DNA from: a bacterium
GTDB taxonomy: Bacteria > Bacteroidota > Bacteroidia > Bacteroidales > UBA3663
Reading direction: 5' to 3'
DNA length: 64,000 nt
NCBI GenBank assembly: GCA_963631395.1
Contig: CAVGQN010000007.1
Coordinates: forward strand, 165-64,164
Shown here piece after piece: positions 57,823 through 64,000 of this stretch. The notes beneath the pieces were generated by a model that saw only the letters and a list, made by a program, of their open reading frames with translations, ran no database searches and had not been told where the DNA came from. Both the position numbers and the translations under genes were made by a program. Position 1 is the first letter of the stretch. Each line of letters opens with the position of its first letter.

Positions 57823-59199
57823 TTAAAAGAGGAACTTGATGATGTCGTTGAGGTTGACCAGTATCAGCAGCAAGAGGACGAATCCGAAGCCAATGTACTG
57901 AAGGATGTCTTTCACCTTGTCGCTCAGCGGACGGCGTATGATGGCCTCGATGATGAGTATCATGATGTGGCCGCCGTCAAGGGCCGGGATGGGCAGTATG
58001 TTCATAAAGGCCAAAGCCACTGAGAAGAAAGCCGTCAGCGACCAGAAGGTCCGCCAGTGCCATTCCTCGGGGAAGATGGAACCCATGGTGCCGAAACCGC
58101 CCAACTCGCGTGCGCCCTCCTTGGTAAAGACGAGCTTGAACTGCCGCACATAGTTATAGAGCATATCCCATCCCTGTCTGAATCCGGCCGGGATGGCCTC
58201 AGCCAAGGTGTACTCGATATGGGTGAAGCACTCCATGCCGATGAGGTTTTTCTGATAGATGCCCAGCTTGCCGTCATCGCCCAAGCCGACCGAAGCAACC
58301 TGCAACTTACCGTCGCGCCAATAGCTGACTGCCACGGTGTCGCCGCAATGCAGCGCCAACTGACTGCGCACCTGATGGGCGTAGGGTGTCGGCACGCTGT
58401 CGATGGCCACGATGCTGTCACCGACGGCCATTCCGGCAAGTGCAGCCGGCGTTCCTTCGCCTATCTCGCCCAGCACCATCGGCATCCGTACGTCTACGAA
58501 CTGCGCCAAAGCCTCCTTGTGAGCCAGGAAATGTGTGCCGAGTGTATCCGGCAGAGCTATGGCAAGACGGGCGCCGCCACGTTCGACGGTCACGTCGTTG
58601 CCCAGCAGGAGCGCCGAACCCAGGGCATTGTAGTCCCTGATTTCCTTGCCGTCCACGGCCACGATGAGGTCACCGTCTTCGAAGCCGACGGCTTTGGCCA
58701 GTTCGCTGTAGTTGACGCCGTAAGGCAGGTTCTTGGGTTCTATGATATCCTTGCCGTAATGCCAGCTCAAACCGATGTAGATGACGACGGCCAGGATCAG
58801 GTTGTTGAGCACGCCGCCCACCATAATCATAAACCGCGCGAAACGGCTCTTCTTGATAAAGGCATCCGTACGCTCGAAGTCGGCCGACCCGCTGTCGTGG
58901 GTCTCGTCAATCATACCGACTATGGCGCAGTAACCGCCCAGCGGTATCCAGCCAATGCCGTACTCGGTGTCGCTCGGATTGACCAGCTTGGGGAAATGGA
59001 TGAGGTCCAGCAGATGCAGGCCTTTTTTGTTCCAGCGCAGAAGGGCAAAGTTGGTGGTATCGAAGAAGAGATAGAACTTCTCTACTCCGACCTTGAAGAT
59101 GCGTGCCCACATGAAGTGGCCCAACTCATGTACAAAGACAAGGATGGATAGACTGGCAATCAGTTCGAATGCCTTAAACCAGAAAACTGATGAAAACAT
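57823..59199 (-). CDS. rseP: RIP metalloprotease RseP (site-2 protease, M50 family)
   Basis: The track ORF is over-extended to 59373. The ATG at 59199 gives MFSSVFWFKAFELIASLSILVFVHELGHFMWAR with the HExxH motif, followed by PDZ-like segments. Confidence 0.9.
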   Translation of the reverse strand: MFSSVFWFKAFELIASLSILVFVHELGHFMWARIFKVGVEKFYLFFDTTNFALLRWNKKGLHLLDLIHFPKLVNPSDTEYGIGWIPLGGYCAIVGMIDETHDSGSADFERTDAFIKKSRFARFMIMVGGVLNNLILAVVIYIGLSWHYGKDIIEPKNLPYGVNYSELAKAVGFEDGDLIVAVDGKEIRDYNALGSALLLGNDVTVERGGARLAIALPDTLGTHFLAHKEALAQFVDVRMPMVLGEIGEGTPAALAGMAVGDSIVAIDSVPTPYAHQVRSQLALHCGDTVAVSYWRDGKLQVASVGLGDDGKLGIYQKNLIGMECFTHIEYTLAEAIPAGFRQGWDMLYNYVRQFKLVFTKEGARELGGFGTMGSIFPEEWHWRTFWSLTAFFSVALAFMNILPIPALDGGHIMILIIEAIIRRPLSDKVKDILQYIGFGFVLLLLILVNLNDIIKFLF

Positions 59200-59212
59200 T
59201 TTGACAAAATTA

Positions 59213-60379
59213 TTATATGCCCAGTATCTCGCGCGCCTTGATACGGGCCTCTGCATCGATGGCAAAGTAATCCTCGAGTGAAGGCTGGGCCACAAGCGGC
59301 ATGGCCTGAAGGGTCTTGGCATTGACCTCGGCCATCTGCAGGAAGCGGCACTTACCCTGACGGAAGGCGGCATTTGTCACCTCATTGGCTGCATTGAGCA
59401 CGCAGGTGCGGTCGCCTCCTTCGGCCAAAGCGTCAAAGGCCAGCTGCAAGTTGGGGAAGCGGTCCAAGTCGGGACGTTCGAAGGTCAACGATGCATAGTC
59501 GTCGATGGTCAACTTGCCGTTGATGTGGCTCGGCATGCGGTTCGGATAGCCCAGGGCATAGGCGATGGGCACCTTCATGTCGGGCATGCCGAGTTGCGCC
59601 TTTATCGCTCCGTCGGGGAACTGCACCATGCTGTGCACGATGCTCTGCGGATGCACGCACACCTCAATGCGGTCCACGGTCATGCCGAAGAGCCAACGGG
59701 CCTCGATGACTTCAAAGCCTTTGTTCATCATCGATGCCGAATCGATGGTTATCTTGGCGCCCATATCCCAGTTGGGATGCTTGAGGGCCTGACTGGCCGT
59801 GACATCGCGCATCTGCTCCATACTGAAGGTACGGAACGGACCTCCCGAGGCTGTGATTATCAGCTTCTCGGGTTCGCCCTCCCCCTGCAGGCACTGGAAG
59901 ATGGCCGAGTGCTCGGAGTCGACCGGCAGGATAGGCACCTGATACTCTTTGCACAAGTCCATAATCAAACGTCCGGCTACGACGAGGGTTTCCTTGTTGG
60001 CCAAAGCCAATACCTTGTGAGCCTTGATAGCAGCCACCGTGGGGCGCAATCCGGCAAAGCCTACCATCGCCGTGACGACCATGTCTATAGGTTCGGCCTG
60101 AACGACCTGGCAAAGGCTGTCGGCGCCAGTCCAAACTTTGATGGGCAAGTCAGCCAGGGCTTCCTTGACCTGCGGATAGTACGTTTCGTCGGCGATGACC
60201 ACGACTTCGGGCCGGAACTCCCGCGCCTGCTTGACGAGAAGCTCGGCGCTGCGGTTGGCCGTGATGGCATATACCTCAAACAAGTCCGGATGCTCGGCAC
60301 ACACCTCGAGCGTCTGCCGCCCGATGCTGCCCGTGCTGCCCAATATGGCCAGACTGCGTTTTTTGATATTCTGATTCAT
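59213..60379 (-). CDS. dxr: 1-deoxy-D-xylulose-5-phosphate reductoisomerase
   Basis: Track ORF of 388 aa. LAILGSTGSIGRQTLEV ... LPVDSEHSAIFQCL. Confidence 0.95.
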   Translation of the reverse strand: MNQNIKKRSLAILGSTGSIGRQTLEVCAEHPDLFEVYAITANRSAELLVKQAREFRPEVVVIADETYYPQVKEALADLPIKVWTGADSLCQVVQAEPIDMVVTAMVGFAGLRPTVAAIKAHKVLALANKETLVVAGRLIMDLCKEYQVPILPVDSEHSAIFQCLQGEGEPEKLIITASGGPFRTFSMEQMRDVTASQALKHPNWDMGAKITIDSASMMNKGFEVIEARWLFGMTVDRIEVCVHPQSIVHSMVQFPDGAIKAQLGMPDMKVPIAYALGYPNRMPSHINGKLTIDDYASLTFERPDLDRFPNLQLAFDALAEGGDRTCVLNAANEVTNAAFRQGKCRFLQMAEVNAKTLQAMPLVAQPSLEDYFAIDAEARIKAREILGI

Positions 60380-60422
60380 TATATTGTTTCAACAATGTTG
60401 ATTTATAGCGGAATAAGCGATG

Positions 60423-61307
60423 TTATAGCGACATGAGCGCGACGGGGTCTACCCAGTTTCCCCGGTGCCAGACCTGAATGCCGACCCAGCTGTCGGGCAA
60501 GATACGGCTGGTCATGATGCTGTCGGAAGCGGCCACATTCGTCTCGCCGGAGGGCTTGCTGCCTGCATGGCCCATGACCTGCCCGGGCATAAGCGTCTCG
60601 CCGCCTTCGACCATGACTGAGGTCAGATGACTGAATATAGAGACATAATCGTCGCCGTGCTGCAGCACTACCTGGAAGCCTTGGTCCATGAGATAGGTAC
60701 ACTGGATGACCGTTCCCTCGGCCGGAGCCAGCACCGGCATTTCATCGGCCAGTCCGACGCAGGTGATGCGCACGGCCGTCTCCCCGTCCGACATAGTGCT
60801 GAGAAGCTCTCCTTTGACAGGTGTCAGGAAAGTCGGCGACTGATGCCCCGCGCCATGGCGGTGAAGGATATTGAGGGCAAACTGCTCCTGCTCTTCATAA
60901 CCGGTCACGAAAGCCGTTTCGCGTGCCGACGCCACAAGCGACGACGTGTCGCGGAAGACCTGCACGCTACTGTCGTACGGCTGCACGGCTTCAGTCTGGC
61001 CTTCACCCTTGAGCACCGCAACGAGGTTGTCGAGATAAGCGGCACGCAAGTCGTTCTCGTGCTCCAGGCTGTCGATGCGCATGGCGCTCTGTATCAGTAT
61101 CGAACGCTTGTAGGGGTCGAAATAGCCCGGCACATACTTGCGCAGTGGCGGAAAAGCGAAAACCAGGAAGAGCAAACCTATGGCAGTCAGCATACCGCAC
61201 ACGAAGAACAAGACATACCGCACACGGCGATGCCTCTTTCTCAACTTCGTGTCCGAGATATAGACCACCTCTGTGTCGCTGCTCAACTTCTTGTTGTCGT
61301 CTGTCAT
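60423..61307 (-). CDS. Membrane-anchored M23/LytM-domain protein (active-site motifs degenerate)
   Basis: The track ORF starts at a TTG (61331). The ATG at 61307 gives MTDDNKK. A TM helix (VLFFVCGMLTAIGLLFLVFAF) is followed by a C-terminal LytM-like beta domain (APAEGTVIQ...VLQHGDDYVSIFSHL). Confidence 0.7.
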   Translation of the reverse strand: MTDDNKKLSSDTEVVYISDTKLRKRHRRVRYVLFFVCGMLTAIGLLFLVFAFPPLRKYVPGYFDPYKRSILIQSAMRIDSLEHENDLRAAYLDNLVAVLKGEGQTEAVQPYDSSVQVFRDTSSLVASARETAFVTGYEEQEQFALNILHRHGAGHQSPTFLTPVKGELLSTMSDGETAVRITCVGLADEMPVLAPAEGTVIQCTYLMDQGFQVVLQHGDDYVSIFSHLTSVMVEGGETLMPGQVMGHAGSKPSGETNVAASDSIMTSRILPDSWVGIQVWHRGNWVDPVALMSL

Positions 61308-61452
61308 CTTGTCTCGTCTTGTCTGCAACAAAAACGCTGTTGCCTATCGGCCTTGGCGGCAGTATACAATGCCGCAAATTTAGTTATTTTTTTCAACATA
61401 TCTGACTTTTCACGGTTTTTTATTGCCCGAGCAACAATATTTTCCCCATTTG

Positions 61453-61484
61453 TTTGCAAAACATCTCATATTTCAATAACTTTG
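61453..61484 (+). promoter_or_regulatory. Bacteroidetes-type promoter for ispD
   Basis: TTTG at 61453-61456, a 20-nt spacer, then TAACTTTG at 61477-61484. This implies a 5' UTR of roughly 70 nt. Confidence 0.55.
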
Positions 61485-61558
61485 CAGGGCGGTTTCGGCT
61501 CCCGTTCGAGTCTAAACCGACACTGAGACACATTAATAGTGACCAAAACCCTGTTGGC

Positions 61559-62335
61559 ATGAAGAACGTTGCAGTACTCTTGGCCGGTGGCAGCGGACAC
61601 CGTATGCAGACGACCGAACCGAAGCAGTTCATACGGATTGCAGGACGCTCTATACTCGAACACAGCATACGGGCCTTCAGCCTCAATGCCGGAATAGACG
61701 AGATAGTCGTCGTTGGCCATGCCGACTACCTGGACCGCATACGGCAGATTGCCGCACCCTACCCCAAGGTTCGCCACATTGTGCCTGGAGGCAAGGAGCG
61801 GTACCACTCCAGCCTGGCCGCCATAAGTCTCTACTCCTCTCCCCTCGGGTCGGCAGCGGACGATGAGCCAGCAGCGAGCAGTGATTCGGCAGCGGACGAT
61901 GGCTCGACAACCGTCAACCTCCTCATACACGATGCCGTACGTTGCCTCGTCTCGCAGCGCATCATCACCGACACCGTCGAGGCTCTTAAGGAGCATCGGG
62001 CCGTCGAAGTGGCCGTACCATGTACCGACACCATCTGCGAGGTGGACAGCAACGGTTGTATCGTCCGCATCCCCGACCGGTCTACACTTCGCAACGTGCA
62101 GACCCCGCAGGGATTCCGTCTCGAGACCATCCGGGAAGCATACGGCACTGGACTCAAGGACCCGAACTTCGTCACAACCGACGACTGCGGCGTTGTGCTC
62201 CGCTACCTGCCGGATGTGCCCATCCACGTTGTGGACGGCGAAACGACGAACATCAAAATCACCTACCCCGAGGATTTGGTCCTGGCCGAAAAGATACTCT
62301 CAGCTGTCAAAGACGCAGGTAACGCTGCAGATTGA
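61559..62335 (+). CDS. ispD: 2-C-methyl-D-erythritol 4-phosphate cytidylyltransferase family (IspD-like) with an acidic loop insertion
   Basis: The ATG at 61559 inside the track ORF gives MKNVAVLLAGGSGHRM ... PGGKERYHS ... LIHDAVR. An alternative assignment as another sugar-phosphate cytidylyltransferase cannot be excluded. Confidence 0.8.
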   Translation: MKNVAVLLAGGSGHRMQTTEPKQFIRIAGRSILEHSIRAFSLNAGIDEIVVVGHADYLDRIRQIAAPYPKVRHIVPGGKERYHSSLAAISLYSSPLGSAADDEPAASSDSAADDGSTTVNLLIHDAVRCLVSQRIITDTVEALKEHRAVEVAVPCTDTICEVDSNGCIVRIPDRSTLRNVQTPQGFRLETIREAYGTGLKDPNFVTTDDCGVVLRYLPDVPIHVVDGETTNIKITYPEDLVLAEKILSAVKDAGNAAD

Positions 62336-62462
62336 GCAAAAAAAGTAGCAGACTGAGTAAACCCAAAGAGCCATTATCACTCATATATTATATAGGGGAA
62401 CATTTCATATAGGCAAAAATTAAACTCAAACATATAGACAAACATTAAAGACAAATGCAGTT

Positions 62463-63209
62463 ATGAAAAAGATGATTCTCACAGGCATGATTCTATCTCT
62501 CGCCTTCGTACAGAGCGGCAACGCACAGAGTATTCTGTCTAACCTACTCTCAGGCGTCACCCAAGCAGCCACTTCATCGACCACAACGTCAACATCAAGC
62601 AGTAGCACTTCGTCTACAACATCAGACGTGCTTGGCAACGTGCTCAACAGCGTCGTCAGCAGCGCTACCAGCTCTCTCGACTCTACCGCATCCAAGACCT
62701 CAAGCTTGCTCAGCAACTTGATTTCTTCCGTAGCCGGCGACGTTACCACCACAGCTAGCAGCGTAGTAGGCTCATGGAGCTACACCGAGCCTGCCGTACA
62801 GTTTGAGAGCGAAAACTTCCTCACTCAGGCCGGAGGTTCTGCCATCGCAGAGAAACTGGAAACGAAACTGGCTTCCATTTACAAACTCGTAGGCATCAAG
62901 GCCGGTCAGCTTAACTTCACGTTCGATGCTAGCGGCAATGTAACCTACGGTGTAGGCAAAATCAGCCGCACAGGTACATACACCTTCAATAGCGAGGACA
63001 AGACTATCACCATCACTACTGCTGCTGGATTTACAGTCAAGTCTTACGTCACTGTATCCGGCAACTCGATGATCCTCACATTCGACGGTACGAAACTGCT
63101 CTCCTTGATGAAGACGCTCGGCAGCAAGTTCAACGCCCTCAGCACCATCACTTCTCTGGCCAACAGCTACCAGGGCATGAAGGTAGGTTTCACCTTTGCA
63201 AAGAAATAA
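62463..63209 (+). CDS. DUF4923-family secreted protein with a Ser/Thr-rich N-terminal region
   Basis: Track ORF of 248 aa with a signal peptide. GSWSYTEPAVQFESENFLTQAGG and the C-terminal GFTFAKK resemble the Bacteroidales DUF4923 pattern as I remember it. Confidence 0.7.
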   Translation: MKKMILTGMILSLAFVQSGNAQSILSNLLSGVTQAATSSTTTSTSSSSTSSTTSDVLGNVLNSVVSSATSSLDSTASKTSSLLSNLISSVAGDVTTTASSVVGSWSYTEPAVQFESENFLTQAGGSAIAEKLETKLASIYKLVGIKAGQLNFTFDASGNVTYGVGKISRTGTYTFNSEDKTITITTAAGFTVKSYVTVSGNSMILTFDGTKLLSLMKTLGSKFNALSTITSLANSYQGMKVGFTFAKK

Positions 63210-63255
63210 ACACTAAGCAGAAATCGCACCTAGGCCGACGAAAGCCAATTTTTCC

Positions 63256-63291
63256 GGATGTCTCCCCACTAGGGGAGGCATCCTTTTTTTT
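63256..63291 (+). terminator. Intrinsic terminator after the DUF4923 gene
   Basis: GGATGTCTCCCC-ACTA-GGGGAGGCATCC (12 bp with one G-U pair), followed by eight T residues. Confidence 0.85.
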
Positions 63292-63460
63292 ATGAGAGGA
63301 ATCTTTTAGGCGTGAGTATGCCATAGAGAGTGAGTTACCATAGAGAAATGGACCTAGCCTCGCAAGAAGTCCAGCCTCTTAAAGGAATATGGCTTCCCAC
63401 AACGAAACTATCGACACTTCCCTCAATGTATATCTATGCCAACGAACGGAGGCACTAGGA

Positions 63461-63713
63461 TGATGGAGTGTAGAGAGATGAGAGCGAAGGGAGATGAGTG
63501 GAAGGTTACTGGGTCGAGAGTAATGGCAGAGAAAGTGCGTAGACTTGAATAATGAGAGTTGAGAAGAACACAGAATAGAAAGTAAAGAGCGAGTGGTAGA
63601 GAGAAGTGGGTGGAGAGTAGAGTGTAGAGTGTAGAGTGCATGTGGTGGGAGGAGGTATTGGGAGTGAAGAAGATAGAAAAGTGAAAGGTTATAAGTGGTA
63701 TGAAAAAGAAAAA
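63461..63713. other. Strand-asymmetric tract, nearly C-free on the + strand and G-free on the - strand
   Basis: By eye I count about 10 C in about 253 nt, in a window of roughly 50% GC. The tract is purine-rich on the + strand and contains (GTAGAGT)x3 at 63617-63637. Confidence 0.85.
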
Positions 63714-63737
63714 AGTCCGGAGATTACTCTCCGGACT
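63703..63737 (-). terminator. Intrinsic terminator after tRNA-Pro(CGG)
   Basis: On the - strand AGUCCGGAG-AGUAAU-CUCCGGACU (9 bp), followed by UUUUUUCUUUUU. Confidence 0.8.
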
Positions 63738-63767
63738 TTCCCACTTCAGGCATTATCCTGTTGTGAA

Positions 63768-63843
63768 TGGTCGGGGTGACCCGACTCGAACGGGCGGCCT
63801 CTACGTCCCGAACGTAGCGCGCTACCAACTGCGCCACACCCCG
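63768..63843 (-). tRNA. tRNA-Pro (anticodon CGG), CCA encoded
   Basis: Manual cloverleaf. Acceptor is CGGGGUG/CACCCCG. D arm is GCGC-AGUUGGUA-GCGC. Anticodon arm is CUACG-UUCGGGA-CGUAG. T arm is GCCCG-UUCGAGU-CGGGU. Discriminator A is followed by CCA. Confidence 0.9.
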
Positions 63844-63915
63844 AGAAGAATTGGACTGCGTCGGACCGATGGTCAGATAAGGTCCAATCCTCTTTTTATT
63901 GTGTCTGAACAGGAA

Positions 63916-64000
63916 TTAGTCCTGATTCAGATTAACGCGCTTGAAATCTGTTGCGGTGAGTCCCTTCTGGGCCTTGTCCATGTACTGCTGTACATTAATC
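63916..64000 (-). CDS. 3' end of an unidentified CDS entering from the right edge
   Basis: The - strand frame is open from the window edge to TAA (63918-63916): ...INVQQYMDKAQKGLTATDFKRVNLNQD*. It is too short to assign. Confidence 0.4.
   Translation of the reverse strand, partial: INVQQYMDKAQKGLTATDFKRVNLNQD

Noticed and set aside
32141-59373. N-terminal extensions of track ORFs (etfB to 33154, tex to 36874, iorA to 44245, porin to 45558, pheA to 56371, rseP to 59373; also rplC to 25343, rpsK to 13103 and others)
   Set aside because: The extensions start at upstream ATG, GTG or TTG codons and read through promoters, terminators or neighbouring genes. They encode non-conserved junk ahead of an internal ATG that gives the canonical family N-terminus. 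Shorter coordinates are reported instead.
61501-61512. A 12-nt match (CCCGTTCGAGTC) in the ispD 5' UTR to the T-arm of tRNA-Pro(CGG), considered as a possible tRNA fragment or att-site scar
   Set aside because: The match covers only the near-universal T-loop consensus. There is no flanking T-stem or acceptor complementarity and no adjacent integrase, so it is most likely coincidence.
3328-61526. Many long antisense or overlapping ORFs in the track (for example 3328-4455, 3834-4874, 5122-6312, 29805-30776, 31020-32048, 36744-37904, 40326-41774, 42497-44059, 44392-45213, 49504-50967, 53129-54199, 55394-56284, 58057-59151, 59525-60436, 60627-61526)
   Set aside because: Each lies opposite or out of frame to a gene with an unmistakable conserved product. 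Their translations are Arg/Gly/His/Asp-rich, as is typical of antisense frames in GC-rich codon-biased genes. None has recognisable motifs.
63423-63641. The 72-aa - strand ORF (and the 30-aa + strand ORF at 63460-63552) within the C-depleted tract
   Set aside because: The composition (Leu/Ser/Phe/His/Thr/Pro only) follows directly from the absence of G in that strand. The ORF has no promoter box or recognisable family. It is treated as a by-product of the skew, although a tiny membrane peptide cannot be fully excluded.

Overview
This window is a chromosomal segment of Bacteroidota type, probably Bacteroidales and Prevotella-like. The taxon call rests on gene content and order, the absence of Shine-Dalgarno spacing, and repeated TAnnTTTG -7 boxes. 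Almost all genes are on the - strand.

Layout from left to right:
- 1-2600: the N-terminal 437 codons of a large ORF that runs off the left edge and is missing from the supplied track. It looks like a polyvalent protein of a mobile element. It is followed by a broken small secreted-protein gene and a lipoprotein gene.
- 2.8-10.4 kb: mscS-like, kdsB, relA/spoT, merR-family, M23 peptidase, tRNA-Pro(GGG) and sufS.
- 10.5-29.0 kb: the complete str/S10/spc/alpha ribosomal protein supercluster, rpsL through rplQ. It includes rpmJ and rpmD, which are too short for the track.
- 29.3-34.4 kb: acyl-CoA dehydrogenase, etfAB and asd.
- 34.5-47.9 kb: tex, then an arylpyruvate/arylacetate locus with an aminotransferase, two paaK paralogs, a paaI-type thioesterase, an ACT protein, iorAB, a porin, a Na+/solute symporter and trpS.
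- 48.2-52.1 kb: + strand housekeeping genes (phosphoesterase, tsaC, ClC channel, PNPOx-like).
- 52.3-56.5 kb: the aromatic amino acid operon pheA-aminotransferase-DAHPS/CM-tyrA.
- 56.7-64.0 kb: fba, rseP-dxr, an M23-like gene, ispD, a DUF4923 gene, tRNA-Pro(CGG) and a 3' gene fragment at the right edge.

I saw no rRNA, CRISPR array, IS element or transposase.

Main non-obvious observations:
1. A promoter, a 27-aa Phe/Tyr-rich leader peptide and mutually exclusive antiterminator/terminator helices lie directly upstream of pheA. The track hides them behind an over-extended ORF.
2. The edge-truncated polyvalent-type ORF is absent from the track.
3. Many intergenic spacers hold short degenerate tandem repeat arrays, often with a period of about 22 nt. 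Some begin inside the last codons of a gene.
4. A roughly 250-nt tract almost devoid of C on the + strand lies next to tRNA-Pro(CGG).

All functional names come from reading the translated sequences. No database search was run.
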